The notes beneath the pieces are model-generated. The model was not told where the DNA came from. It did no database searches and saw nothing but the letters and a program-made list of their open reading frames with translations. The position numbers and the translations under genes are program-made. Shown here in pieces: positions 9,617 through 19,764 of a DNA stretch of 64,000 bases. How positions within the stretch are numbered: the first letter of the stretch is position 1; every line of letters starts with the position of its first letter. Location: NCBI GenBank assembly GCA_965242525.1, contig OZ251459.1, positions 1,152,001 to 1,216,000 of the forward strand, given 5' to 3'. The stretch comes from an uncultured Candidatus Binatia bacterium. Lineage in GTDB: Bacteria; Desulfobacterota; Binatia; UBA9968; JAJDTQ01.

Positions 9617-10240
9617 ATGATCGATCTGTACACCTGGAGGACTCCCAACGGCCGGAAGGTCTCCGTCATGCTGGAGGAGGTGGAGCTGCCCTACGCCGCC
9701 CATCCCGTCAACATCGGCAAGGACGAGCAGTTCGCTCCCGACTTCCTCGCCATCAGCCCCAACAACAAGATACCGGCCATCGTGGACCGGGACGGACCCG
9801 GCGGCGGCCCCTACAGCGTGTTCGAGTCCGGGGCCATCCTGCTGTACCTGTCGGAGAAGGCCGGCGGCCGGTTCCTGCCCCGGGACGCCCGGCCGCGCCA
9901 CGACGTCATGCAGTGGCTGATGTTCCAGATGGGCGGCGTGGGACCCATGTTCGGCCAAGCCCACCACTTCCTCCGCGCCGGGGAGGTGGTCCCCTACGCC
10001 ATCGAGCGGTACAAGAACGAAGCCCGGCGCCTCTACGGGGTGATGGAGAAGCGCCTGTCCGCGCATGAGTACCTTGCCGGCGAATACTCGGTGGCGGACA
10101 TCGCCACCTACCCCTGGGTGGGGCGGCACGAGATGCACCAAGTTGACTTGGCCAACTTCCCCCAGGTGAAGCGGTGGTTCGACGCCATCAGCGCCCGGCC
10201 TGCGGTCCAACGCGGCATGAAGGTGCCGGCCGACGCGTGA
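9617..10240 (+). CDS. Glutathione S-transferase family, YfcG-like GSH-dependent disulfide oxidoreductase
   Basis: MIDLYTW.TPNG.K, ISPNNKIPAI, FESGAIL.YL, WLMFQMGG.GPM.GQ; strong RBS GAAGGAGG. Confidence 0.92.
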   Translation: MIDLYTWRTPNGRKVSVMLEEVELPYAAHPVNIGKDEQFAPDFLAISPNNKIPAIVDRDGPGGGPYSVFESGAILLYLSEKAGGRFLPRDARPRHDVMQWLMFQMGGVGPMFGQAHHFLRAGEVVPYAIERYKNEARRLYGVMEKRLSAHEYLAGEYSVADIATYPWVGRHEMHQVDLANFPQVKRWFDAISARPAVQRGMKVPADA

Positions 10241-10368
10241 CCCCTGCGGACGCGGGGCGGTTCCGGCCGCGTTTGACAAGCCGCTTCCGGTCGTGCCAGA
10301 AAGCTCCCCAGGCGGCTTCCGCGCGGGTCCGCGGACGGACTGCGGAACGCCGCGGGACTTTCCCATAC

Positions 10369-10442
10369 GCCCCCGTAGCTCAGCAGGATAGAGCACAGGA
10401 TTCCTAATCCTGGTGTCGTGAGTTCGAGTCTCGCCGGGGGCA
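10369..10442 (+). tRNA. tRNA-Arg(CCT)
   Basis: Acceptor stem GCCCCCG/CGGGGGC, D arm GCTC..GAGC, anticodon stem CAGGA/TCCTG with loop TTCCTAA, T loop GTTCGAG; CCA not encoded. Confidence 0.95.
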
Positions 10443-10470
10443 TTTCCCTTCGAGCGCCGACCGCGCAGGT

Positions 10471-12468
10471 TCAGGGCGTCCCGCCGGGGACGGCGTCCAG
10501 GAACGCGCGCCGGCAGTCCGCCGCCAGCGCGTCCGCGTCCTCGGCGAGCACGAAGCCGGCCTCCACCAAGGCCCCGGTCTCCCGGCGCACCCTTTCCAGG
10601 TAGTCCTCCAGGCTCCGGTACCGCTCGGCAAGGGACGGGCGCGGGTCGCCGCGGGCCTCGCGCTCGGCCCGGTTTCGGGAGAAGGGGAGGGAGGCGCCCA
10701 ACAGGCCGGCCAGCTCGCCTTCCGCGAGCTCTTCGGACTGGAGGTTCCATCCCGTAAGGGTGGCCAGGGGCACGGTGGTCCACGGAAGCCGGATGCCGGC
10801 CGCTTCGTTGCCGTCCGCGTCCACCGCGGGCGCCAGGACGACGTAGCCGCTGCCGTCCGGAGGCTCCTTCGGGCGGGCCGCAACCCTTCCCTCCGCGACT
10901 CCGTCGCCGTAGTCCAGGAAGAGCTGCCGGTTGTGGAGTCCGGTGAAGGCCACCCCCGGGATGGCCGGAAAACCCGTGAGCTCCGGCGCCGCCAGCGTCC
11001 CGTCCGCGACCCGGGGGACGGCGCTCGCCGGCGGGGCCGCGCCCTCGGTGGCCCAGCGGTCCATGGCCGCCAGGAGCGCGCGCAGCACCGGACCGATGCC
11101 GACGGGGTTGGTGGGGTGCTTCGTCTTCCGCATCCCGGCCCGGCTCCCGTACGGCGCGTTGTGCTGGGCGCCGGCGATGAGGTACATGCGCACCCCGTCG
11201 GGCAGGCGGACGTCGTTCCCTCGACCGTCCGTGTGGGCCAGCGCTCCCCGTTTCTGCCAGTACTCGGTGGAGGTCTGGGTGTGGACCACCAGCGGGTCGG
11301 TGGCGGGCCGCCTGAGTATGCCGTCGCGCCGCCCGGTCTGGGGGTCCTCCAGCATGTCGTAGGCGAAAGGGAACAGCTCCGGCTCCCACTGGTTCGTATG
11401 CTGCTGGCACGAGGTGGCGGGGCGGGCGAACTCGTAGTTGAGGAAGGTCCGCCCGCCTCCCGCGGCGTGGGGGGACACCGCGTCGAACACGCGCCGGCCG
11501 CCCTCGTCCTCGTTGAATCCGTGATACACCAGGTCCCGCAGGAACCGGCCGCTCTGGGAACGGCCCCAGGCGTAGGCTTTCTCGATAACCGCGTCCGAGA
11601 CGGACAGCGGATTCGCAGCGCCGACGCCGTCTTCCGTTTCATATCGCAGGAAGGACACGAGGCCCCGGACCGCGGCGAACCCCAACCCCAGGACCAGCGG
11701 GTCCCGGGCCGTGTAAACCAGTTCGTAGAGGGCGCCCGGGACGAACCCTCCGGCAACGTGGAGGTGGGACGAGCTCGGAACCGGGACGCGGCGCCCGGTG
11801 GTCTCGTCCACCGCGTCCTCGGCGAACTCCCATTGCGCGGGCGGGACCGCCCGGCGAGGACCGTAGGAGCGCATGCGCACCGTCAGTTCCGCGTCCGAGG
11901 CGTCCGGATCCGCCGCGGGGTAGCTGCGGACCCGCGGGTCCCCGCTCAACGGCCAGGAGCGGACCCCCGGACGGGTGACGCAGATCTCGGTGCGCACCCG
12001 CCGTCGTATGGGCCGACCCCCGTCCGCGGCCGCCGGCGCCGTCAACGTCATCCGGCGGCCGCCCGGAACCAGGTCCCCCTGCCAACCCGAAGTGACCCAG
12101 GTGTAGCCCTGCCGCATCAGGAAACCGTTGCCGGCGTGCTCCAGGGCCACCGGGTCATTGCACTCGGGCGCGTCGTTGAGGAACATCAGGGCGCGCTTGC
12201 TGCCCCGGTTGGGGGCCTCGTAGAGCAGCCGCCGGTTGCCCTGGGAGAGGTCCCGCGGCTTCAGCAGGTGGACGTCGCAGCGGTATTCCACCGCGCCGCG
12301 GCGGTTCCGGGGCGCGCGGCCGAGGTTGACGAGACCCGCGTGCAGCGGGTGGTCCGGCGACGCCTCGCCGTGGACCGTCCCGGCCAGGACCTCGTAAGGT
12401 CCGACGGAACCGAACGCATGGCCATCGGCAAAGGACTCGCGTCGGGTGGTCACGAACCGCGTCAGCAT
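10471..12468 (-). CDS. Large alpha/beta hydrolase domain protein
   Basis: GRSQSGRFLR nucleophile elbow, NRG, GWQGD, EYW and P.VD.DGNE..GIRLP motifs; start ATG 12468. Confidence 0.85.
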   Translation of the reverse strand: MLTRFVTTRRESFADGHAFGSVGPYEVLAGTVHGEASPDHPLHAGLVNLGRAPRNRRGAVEYRCDVHLLKPRDLSQGNRRLLYEAPNRGSKRALMFLNDAPECNDPVALEHAGNGFLMRQGYTWVTSGWQGDLVPGGRRMTLTAPAAADGGRPIRRRVRTEICVTRPGVRSWPLSGDPRVRSYPAADPDASDAELTVRMRSYGPRRAVPPAQWEFAEDAVDETTGRRVPVPSSSHLHVAGGFVPGALYELVYTARDPLVLGLGFAAVRGLVSFLRYETEDGVGAANPLSVSDAVIEKAYAWGRSQSGRFLRDLVYHGFNEDEGGRRVFDAVSPHAAGGGRTFLNYEFARPATSCQQHTNQWEPELFPFAYDMLEDPQTGRRDGILRRPATDPLVVHTQTSTEYWQKRGALAHTDGRGNDVRLPDGVRMYLIAGAQHNAPYGSRAGMRKTKHPTNPVGIGPVLRALLAAMDRWATEGAAPPASAVPRVADGTLAAPELTGFPAIPGVAFTGLHNRQLFLDYGDGVAEGRVAARPKEPPDGSGYVVLAPAVDADGNEAAGIRLPWTTVPLATLTGWNLQSEELAEGELAGLLGASLPFSRNRAEREARGDPRPSLAERYRSLEDYLERVRRETGALVEAGFVLAEDADALAADCRRAFLDAVPGGTP

Positions 12469-14653
12469 GGGGCGCCTCCGGCAGCCGAATGAGCGGGACT
12501 GTCGGGAAAGTGGACCCGGACTTGCCGATCCACTATTATCATTCCATGCATGATCCTGGCCATGCCGCAAACGTCGATCGTTGGAAGAGGGAGCCCCCCG
12601 GCCGGGAGCGGCCTGAACGCCTCACCCTGTTGTTGCTGCTGGTCGCGTTGTCCACGTTGTTCCTGTGCAGCGTGGACAAGGGATACTTCTACCGTCCCTT
12701 CCAGCATAACTGGGATACGGCGAAGAACCTGGCCATAGCCGAGAACCTGTCGCCCGACCACTCTTTCCGCTTGTTCCTGGCGCGGCGCCAAGGATCGGAC
12801 GGCGCCCCCGCCTACCAGATGTACAGCCGCTTTCCCGTGGGCGGTTACGCACTCATCAAACTCGCCATCCTCCCCTTCGGAAACGACCTGTCCGCAAAGA
12901 TCCTTGCGGCCCGAATGCTCATGTTGCTGTTGTTCAGCGCCGCTGCGCTCCTGGCCTTCCACTCCCTCGCCCGCATCATCTCCCGCCGCTGGGTCGCGCT
13001 GGCCGCCACCTTCATGGCGTTCTCCTCCTATTACATGCTGTTCTACGGCGACGCGGTTTCCAACGAGGTCAGCGTGGACCTGTTCGCGGTCATGCTGGTC
13101 TTCCACGGCATGGTGGTGTTCGTGCAGGAGGGACGGTTCCGGCAGTTGCTGGCCAAGACCTTCGTTGCGCTGCTGCTTGGGTGGCATGTGTACGCCTTCC
13201 TGCTGCCCTTCGTCATCCTGGGCCTGGCGCACGAGGCGGTCCGTGCGTGGAAGGACGGAACCGCGCCGCGGCTGCGCTCCACCGGGGCCGCGGTGCTGCG
13301 CAGCCGCTACACGGCCCTTGGCCTGGCCGCGCTGCTGTTCGGCGCGGCCGTCCTGAGCTTCAACATCGCCAACGAGTACGCCGCGTTCCGAGGCGAGAGG
13401 CCGGTAACCGAACTGCCGTCGTTCCAGTCCATGCTCGAGCGCACCGTAATAGCCAAAGACTGGTCGCCCATGGAGTGGCTGGGCTTCTTGCGGCAGCAGT
13501 TCTTTCGTGTCCATACGGCGTCCGTTCCGTTCATGCTCACCGACTGGGGATCCGATTTGCCCGGGTTGTCTCCTCCCCCTTACCCTTCGACGCCAAGCCT
13601 TTCGGGGCCGGAGTTGTCGGTTTACCTCCTGTTGTTGCTGATGGCGGTGGTTGCCGCCACGACCGTGGTTCGGCTTGCGAGGCCGCTGTTGACCCGGCGA
13701 CACCGCCTGCTGCTGGCCACCCTTGCCCTGTCCGGGTTCTTCTGGGCGCTGCCCATGCGCTACAATACCGTAGAACTGCGCCACAACCACGAAGCCATGT
13801 TCTACGTGGGCGTCCCGCTGGTGTTCTACTCACTGCTCCTGCTGTACGTCCACAGGCGCTGGGGGCGTGGCCCGGTAGTCGGCGTTGCCGTTGCAGCCCT
13901 GCTCGCCTTCGTGGTCTCCGCCTTCGAGATGGAACGACGGTGGCGCCCTGAGGCCCGGGGGGCCGAGGTCCAGCGAACCGCCATGGCCGAACTCGGGGCC
14001 ATCCGCGAGACCACCCGGGGAAAGGCGGTCCTGGTCCTCGGGTCCGTCGAGCCGGAATGGTCCTGGCAGGTCCTGGAGCAGGCCCACCCATGGAGATACT
14101 ATCTCGCCGGCAGAGTCCTGGCGGGGTCCCCTGACGTGGAAGCGGCCGCCCGCGCCGCGGACTTCATCGTCGCCCTCGACCGCGTGGAGAGCGACGCCCT
14201 GCTCACACCCGGGAACGAACGGGTGTTCCTGTACGATTCGGCAGGTATCGACGACCTGTTGGAGTTGTACCGGGCCACGTACCAACGGGTGGTGTCCGGA
14301 GAACCTGCGGTGCGCTCCCACTTCGACGTCTATCTCGGTGACCGTGCGCTGTTCCACGTCAAGGAGCCCTGCGTCTCGAAGGACGTGGGATTGAGGAGCA
14401 TAGCGAAGTTCGTCCCGGAAGACCCGAAGGACTTGCCCGAAAGGCGCAGGCGGCGCCGCGAGACCCTTCGCATCCCCTCCCAGCAAAGCACCATGCTGTT
14501 CGAGGGGAAGTGCATCGCCATCGTTTCACTCCCCGATTATCCCGTCTCCAGCATCCTGACGGGACGGTCGCACGCAAGCAAAGGCGCCCGCAACTGGAGG
14601 GTAAAGATACCGTCGAGCCGGTAGTCGCCGCCGGACGAGGCCATCGACGCTCT
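12413..14653 (+). repeat. Copy 2 of the ~2.25 kb direct duplication
   Basis: Aligns with 7244-9512. Confidence 0.9.
12546..14624 (+). CDS. Multi-pass GT-C-like membrane protein, close paralog of 7393-9483
   Basis: Same architecture and mostly identical TM segments; start uncertain. Confidence 0.7.
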   Translation: MHDPGHAANVDRWKREPPGRERPERLTLLLLLVALSTLFLCSVDKGYFYRPFQHNWDTAKNLAIAENLSPDHSFRLFLARRQGSDGAPAYQMYSRFPVGGYALIKLAILPFGNDLSAKILAARMLMLLLFSAAALLAFHSLARIISRRWVALAATFMAFSSYYMLFYGDAVSNEVSVDLFAVMLVFHGMVVFVQEGRFRQLLAKTFVALLLGWHVYAFLLPFVILGLAHEAVRAWKDGTAPRLRSTGAAVLRSRYTALGLAALLFGAAVLSFNIANEYAAFRGERPVTELPSFQSMLERTVIAKDWSPMEWLGFLRQQFFRVHTASVPFMLTDWGSDLPGLSPPPYPSTPSLSGPELSVYLLLLLMAVVAATTVVRLARPLLTRRHRLLLATLALSGFFWALPMRYNTVELRHNHEAMFYVGVPLVFYSLLLLYVHRRWGRGPVVGVAVAALLAFVVSAFEMERRWRPEARGAEVQRTAMAELGAIRETTRGKAVLVLGSVEPEWSWQVLEQAHPWRYYLAGRVLAGSPDVEAAARAADFIVALDRVESDALLTPGNERVFLYDSAGIDDLLELYRATYQRVVSGEPAVRSHFDVYLGDRALFHVKEPCVSKDVGLRSIAKFVPEDPKDLPERRRRRRETLRIPSQQSTMLFEGKCIAIVSLPDYPVSSILTGRSHASKGARNWRVKIPSSR

Positions 14654-14775
14654 ACGGATTGGCTCCCGGGTGGAAGGGAAGCCCCCGGGGGCCGGTGGCG
14701 GAGACCGGAAGCGGCGTGCTATTCCTGCACGTCGGCAAGTCGAGAGCGAAGGAAGGAAACGGAGGGAGGCGAGCC

Positions 14776-15618
14776 ATGATCCGTCCCATCGCCCTGAAGC
14801 GCGGCCACTACGAATGCAAGTCCCTGGACGAGACGCTGCCGGTGCTCACCGACCTGCTGGCCCTGGAGGTGGTCCGGCGGGGACCGGGAGAGGCGGTAGT
14901 GAGGCACCCCAACACCGCCTGGGAGCTGGTGGTGCACGAGGGGGAGCCCGAGGCCGTGGACAAGCCGCACCTGCACCACTACGGCGTGCGCGTCGAGAAC
15001 CGGGAGGAGATCGACGCCGCCTACGAGTACATCCGGGAGCGCAAGGAACGGTACGGGCTCCTGCGCGTGAGCCGCCCCCACGAGAACCACTACGCCTACT
15101 CGGTCTATTTCCGGGAGCCCGGCGGCAACGACTGGGAGATCGAGTACTACGACCGGGAAGCGGTGGAGCAGGGCCGGAAGAACGCCGTCAACCCCTGGAC
15201 CGAGAAGCTCCCGGAGGAACGGTTCCCCGGACGCGGCTACGTGCCCCAGGCCCTGAGCCACGGCACCCGGGAGTGTGACGACAAGGCGGCGAGCTCCCGT
15301 TTCTACAGCGAGGTCCTGGGGCTGGAGATCGCCGGCGGCGGCAGGCAGTCGGTCTATGTCAAGCATTGCGACACGCCCTGGTACGTGGTGGTGCTGCCGG
15401 GCCGGACCCGCCACTACGTCTCGTCCCTGAACCGTTTCACGCTGCAAGTGGGGGGCCGGGAGGAAGTCGCGGACGCGCACCGGACGTTCCGGACGTCGGG
15501 CAGGGAGATGGGCGTGGGCGAAGTGCAGGACCTCCGGTCCGACAACGGCGAGACCTCGTTCGTGTTCAGCGACCTAGACCGGAACTGGTGGGAGATCTGG
15601 GCGGCGCAGCCGTCCTGA
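14776..15618 (+). CDS. Two-domain VOC (glyoxalase/extradiol dioxygenase superfamily) protein
   Basis: HHYGV, SVYFREPGGNDWEI, second module FY..VLG...SF.FSDLDRNWWEI; RBS GGAGG. Confidence 0.85.
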   Translation: MIRPIALKRGHYECKSLDETLPVLTDLLALEVVRRGPGEAVVRHPNTAWELVVHEGEPEAVDKPHLHHYGVRVENREEIDAAYEYIRERKERYGLLRVSRPHENHYAYSVYFREPGGNDWEIEYYDREAVEQGRKNAVNPWTEKLPEERFPGRGYVPQALSHGTRECDDKAASSRFYSEVLGLEIAGGGRQSVYVKHCDTPWYVVVLPGRTRHYVSSLNRFTLQVGGREEVADAHRTFRTSGREMGVGEVQDLRSDNGETSFVFSDLDRNWWEIWAAQPS

Positions 15619-15662
15619 AGGGGGGCGGCCGCACGCCGGCCTCTCGCCCGGGAGAAACGATC

Positions 15663-15974
15663 ATGTGGTTCCTTGCACTCAGGCGCGCGGCCAAGCCCAG
15701 GGAAGAATGGACCGTCCCGCTGGACGACCACCTGTCCTGGATGAAGCGCCAGCACGAAACGGGAAAGATCATCCTGTCGGGTCCGACCCCGGACCGGAAG
15801 CTCGGCATCTACCTCATCCGGGCGGACTCGCGGAAGGAAGCGGAAGGCGTCGCCGGCAGCGACCCCTACACCGCCGCGGGTTTCTGCGAGTTCGAACTCA
15901 TCGAATGGGAGCTCCACCAGGTGATGGGGGCCGGCCCGTTCTCCGCAGCCGAGATCAAGGCCCGTTCCTCGTAG
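15663..15974 (+). CDS. YciI family protein
   Basis: H..W......G.I.LSGP, A.S..EA......DPY...G. Confidence 0.85.
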   Translation: MWFLALRRAAKPREEWTVPLDDHLSWMKRQHETGKIILSGPTPDRKLGIYLIRADSRKEAEGVAGSDPYTAAGFCEFELIEWELHQVMGAGPFSAAEIKARSS

Positions 15975-16048
15975 GGCGTCGGCGACCCTCCACTCGACGA
16001 ACCCGAACGTCGCAAGCGGCGGCCCCGGACCGGGGCGGTCCCGCGAGG

Positions 16049-16825
16049 CTACAGGGCCGCGGAGAAGGAGCGGCGCCAAGCAAAGGCGCGCTGCTCGAAG
16101 CGGGCGATGACGCCGTACTCGATGACCAGCATGAGGACCACGAACAGCAGGATCCACGCCAGCACCTGCTCCATGTCGAAGTTCTCGAACCAGAAGAAGA
16201 ACATGTAGCCGATGCCGAACTTGATGCCGAAGGTCTCGGCCAGGGCCACGATCTTCCAGGTCATGCCGAAGGAGTACCGGAAAGCGGACATGAGGTAGGG
16301 CATGAGTTGGGGGATATAGACCTTGCGGATCAGCATCCTCCGGTTGGCCTTGAAGGACTTGGCCATGTCCATGAGGCTCTTGTCCATGGCCTTGGTGCCC
16401 TCCGCCATGTTCACGGTCACGAAAGGCGCGACCACCGCCATGACCGCCACCAGGCTCCCCACCTCGCTGAACCCGAACCAGAGCACGGCCAGGAACACCA
16501 TCAGTATGGTCGGGATGGTCAGGAACAGCGGTATCAGGCTCATGAGCGAGTGCTCCACCGTCTTGCGGAGCCCCATGGCCAGCCCGACGGCGATGCCCGC
16601 GAGCATCGCGGCCACGAACGCGATGACGATGCGAAGGAAGGTGATGCCGATGTGGAAGAACGCCGAGTTGCCTTCCGGACCCGCTTCCGTGAGGATGCGC
16701 AGCATGGTCCGGGCGATCAGGAACGGACCGGGCAGGACCTCCGGCGGCGTGAACCGGGAGGCGATCCACCAGCACGCCACCAGCGTCACCATGGACGCCA
16801 GGCGCATGTAGAGACGCATGCTCAT
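16049..16825 (-). CDS. ABC transporter permease (NitT/TauT family)
   Basis: LPGP, hydrophobic helices, EAA-like loop, W..V.LAE. Confidence 0.9.
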   Translation of the reverse strand: MSMRLYMRLASMVTLVACWWIASRFTPPEVLPGPFLIARTMLRILTEAGPEGNSAFFHIGITFLRIVIAFVAAMLAGIAVGLAMGLRKTVEHSLMSLIPLFLTIPTILMVFLAVLWFGFSEVGSLVAVMAVVAPFVTVNMAEGTKAMDKSLMDMAKSFKANRRMLIRKVYIPQLMPYLMSAFRYSFGMTWKIVALAETFGIKFGIGYMFFFWFENFDMEQVLAWILLFVVLMLVIEYGVIARFEQRAFAWRRSFSAAL

Positions 16826-17601
16826 CGGGACTGCTCCTCCAGCACCGCGAAGAACTCCTGGACCAGCTCCTTCTCCAGGTCGAACAGGCGCGGGTCCTCG
16901 GGTTGCCGGGGCCGCGGCATGTCCACGTGGACGTGCCGGAAGATCCGCGCCGGCTTCGTGCTCATCATATAGACGTTGTCGGACAGATAGACGGCCTCCC
17001 GCAGGTCGTGGGTGACGAAGAGGATGGTGGTCCTCGCCCGTTCGAGGATGTCCATCAGGTCCATGCGCATCTTCCGCGCGGTGATCTCGTCCAGGTGGCT
17101 GAAGGGCTCGTCCATGAGCAGGATGTCGGGCTCGATGGCCAGAGCGCGGGCGATGGCCACCCGCTGCTGCATGCCCCCCGACAGGTTGAGCGGGTAGTTG
17201 GGTTCCTGGCCCGCCAGCCCCACCATGTCGAGGTACCGGGCCACACGGTCCCGCCACTGCTCCCGGGGCACCGCCTGGGCTTCCAGCGCGAACCGGATGT
17301 TGTCCTCCACCGTGAGCCAGTTGAGGAGACGGGCGCTTTGGAACACGTAGCCCACGTGCGCCGAGCCGTCCGGGGACTGGGCCGCGGGGTGGACCGTGAC
17401 GCTTCCGCCGTTCTCCTGCTCGATGCCCGCGATGACGTTCAGCAGCGTCGATTTGCCGCAGCCCGAAGGCCCTACGAGGCTGGCGAACTCCCCCTCCTTC
17501 ACGTCCAGGCTCACCGCGTCGAGCACCACGAAATCCGCGCCGCCGCCCGGAACCGGAAACTTCTTCGTCAACCCCTGTACCTGAACCACCGTCGAAGCCA
17601 T
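16822..17601 (-). CDS. ABC transporter ATP-binding protein (NitT/TauT family)
   Basis: GPSGCGKS, LSGGMQQR, LLMDEPF, VTHD. Confidence 0.95.
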   Translation of the reverse strand: MASTVVQVQGLTKKFPVPGGGADFVVLDAVSLDVKEGEFASLVGPSGCGKSTLLNVIAGIEQENGGSVTVHPAAQSPDGSAHVGYVFQSARLLNWLTVEDNIRFALEAQAVPREQWRDRVARYLDMVGLAGQEPNYPLNLSGGMQQRVAIARALAIEPDILLMDEPFSHLDEITARKMRMDLMDILERARTTILFVTHDLREAVYLSDNVYMMSTKPARIFRHVHVDMPRPRQPEDPRLFDLEKELVQEFFAVLEEQSR

Positions 17602-17649
17602 GGACAACACCTGTGTTGGAATGATGCGCAACCCGCGCGGTTCCGGCCG

Positions 17650-18414
17650 CTAGGTGGCCACCTGGTGGCGCCACTGGAAGGCGCGCCTCTCCCAGAACCG
17701 GAACAACAGCACGTCCACCAGGACCATGAAGACCATGAAGCTCACGCCCCATGCGAGCATCATGTCCACCCTGGTGTCCTCGAAATGGAAGATCAGCTTC
17801 TGGCCGACCCCGCTGCTCACGGCGAACGCCTCGCCCACCAGGGCGATCTTCCACGACAGCGAGAGCGCGATCCGCATGGACGAGAAGAGGTAGGGCAGGA
17901 GCTGCGGGACGATGACCTTGCGGACGATCAGGTGTCGGCTGGCCTTGTAAACCTTGGCCATGTCGATGACTTCCCTGTCGATGGCCTTGGTCCCTTCCCA
18001 CACGTTGAGGGCCACGAAGGGGAACACGATGAGCACGGTGGTGAACACCGGCCCGACGTCGGAAAGACCGAACCACAAGACCGCCAGGAAGGCCCAGCAG
18101 ACCGCGGGGAAGGTCAGCAGGACCATGATCCAGCCGTCCAGGAACGCCTCCACGTGCCGATGGAGCCCCATGATCAGGCCGGCGGCGCCGCCGATGATCA
18201 TGGAGCAGGTGAGCCCCAGTATGATCCGGCGCAGCGTGTCCCAGACCACCAGGTAGCTGGCGGGTTCCGAATAGACCACGAGGAGCCGGTCGAAGAGCTC
18301 CTCCGGTCCCGGCAGGAACGCCGGCAGGAACAGCAGCGACACCGCCTTCCAGACGAGGAGGAAAGCCAGGAACGTGAGGATACCGGCTGCAAGGCCGGGC
18401 TTGCCCTTGATCAT
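17650..18414 (-). CDS. ABC transporter permease (NitT/TauT family)
   Basis: Paralogous to 16049-16825. Confidence 0.9.
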   Translation of the reverse strand: MIKGKPGLAAGILTFLAFLLVWKAVSLLFLPAFLPGPEELFDRLLVVYSEPASYLVVWDTLRRIILGLTCSMIIGGAAGLIMGLHRHVEAFLDGWIMVLLTFPAVCWAFLAVLWFGLSDVGPVFTTVLIVFPFVALNVWEGTKAIDREVIDMAKVYKASRHLIVRKVIVPQLLPYLFSSMRIALSLSWKIALVGEAFAVSSGVGQKLIFHFEDTRVDMMLAWGVSFMVFMVLVDVLLFRFWERRAFQWRHQVAT

Positions 18415-18505
18415 GAGGCGAGCCTGTCGAAGATGGGGTGGACGCGGGTCCCGGCGCCCGGGCGCGGCCAAGGCCGTTCCCGGAGCCCGGACGCCGCGCC
18501 GGCCG

Positions 18506-19501
18506 CTAGTCGAGGATCAGCCCGTGCTTCTTCTTGTCCGGGACCGTGTCGAGAACGCCTCTCTGCTTGGCCATCTCGAGGAAGTCCCATTGCGCGTCCA
18601 CCGTCTCCTTGTCCCACTTGGCCAGGAAGATCTTGTCCTTCTGCAGCCAGTCCCGGTAAACGCCCGCTTCGGCCTCGTTCTGGATGCCCGTCACCTTGGC
18701 GAACTTGGCCTCGGCCTGGTCGAAGTTCCTGGGGTCCCTGAGCCAACGCATGGACGCCATGACCGCGGTGGTGAAGTTCTTCGCCCGTTCCCGGTCCTCG
18801 TCCACCCACTCCCGCCAGCACACCAGCGGCGCGGACCATACGATGGGCTGGCCCGCCTTCTGCTTCCAGTACTCGTTGGGCACGAACACCGACCGGTACT
18901 TGTCGGGCTGGGACGCGGCCCGGACCGTGAGCGAACTGATGTTGAACATGGAGTCCACGTCGCCCCGGCCCAGCAGCGCCAGCAGCGCAGGGGCCGCGGC
19001 CTGGACCAGCTCCATGTCCTTCTTGTCGATGACGTCGATGCCGTGGCCGTCCATGATGACCGCCCGGGTGGCCTTGAAGGCGCCGGCGCCGGTGGACCAG
19101 GTGCCGAACTTCTTGCCCCGCAGGTCGCCGATGGACTGCACCGGGCTGTCCTTCTTGACGAAGACCTCCTGCATCACGGTCAACCCGCCTCCAATGATCA
19201 CGAAGTCGAGCCCCTTGGTGATCCTGGCGATGGCCGCGGTGCCGGCGTAGGACGAGCAGGGCACCTCCTTGGCGGGCAGGGCGGCCATGTGTCCCTTGAA
19301 GGGGCGCACATCCACGTCCGCGTCGATGCCGTGCTTCTCGAAGATGCCGGCCATCTCTCCGGCCAAGTACAGCATGGAGATGATGCTGTTCCGGCCCGCG
19401 GTGACCTTGATCTTGTGAAGGTGTCCCGCGGCTGCCGCCTCGCAGGCCATGAAGCCCACCAGGGCCGCGGCCAACAGCCCCGTCCGTTTGAAGCGTCTCA
19501 T
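18506..19501 (-). CDS. ABC transporter substrate-binding protein (NitT/TauT/SsuA-like)
   Basis: Signal peptide, GIFEKHG.D, S..DLRGKK.G, G.VD; RBS GGAGG. Confidence 0.9.
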   Translation of the reverse strand: MRRFKRTGLLAAALVGFMACEAAAAGHLHKIKVTAGRNSIISMLYLAGEMAGIFEKHGIDADVDVRPFKGHMAALPAKEVPCSSYAGTAAIARITKGLDFVIIGGGLTVMQEVFVKKDSPVQSIGDLRGKKFGTWSTGAGAFKATRAVIMDGHGIDVIDKKDMELVQAAAPALLALLGRGDVDSMFNISSLTVRAASQPDKYRSVFVPNEYWKQKAGQPIVWSAPLVCWREWVDEDRERAKNFTTAVMASMRWLRDPRNFDQAEAKFAKVTGIQNEAEAGVYRDWLQKDKIFLAKWDKETVDAQWDFLEMAKQRGVLDTVPDKKKHGLILD

Positions 19502-19569
19502 GTTCTACCTCCTTTGCTTGGGCGCGTTGGTGAGGGGAGCGTTCGTCCTGCCTCTTCACGTGAGACAGG

Positions 19570-19598
19570 ACACTAGTTGCTGGCGTGCGCTTTGTCAA
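19570..19598 (-). promoter_or_regulatory. Sigma70-type promoter for the ABC operon
   Basis: TTGACA-17 bp-TAGTGT on the minus strand, ~70 bp upstream of the start. Confidence 0.55.
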
Positions 19599-19764
19599 TG
19601 GTTCGACGCCCGTCGAACCTCCCGCCGGATCTCATGGCGGGCGGGGCAGGGGAGGGTCCATCGGGTGGAATCCCCACGGCCCTTGCCGTATAATCCTCGT
19701 ACCCCGTTGAATCCTTGCCCCTGGTGGGCGATGGTCCTTTTCGCTGGCGCCACGGTCCTGACGG

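Noticed and set aside
10369-10442. tRNA-Arg as the attachment site of an integrated island
   Set aside because: I found no repeat of the tRNA 3' end and no integrase in the window
7244-14653. Duplicated genes as a diversity-generating retroelement TR/VR pair
   Set aside because: No reverse transcriptase in the window, both copies are full genes, and the differences include indels and do not look adenine-specific
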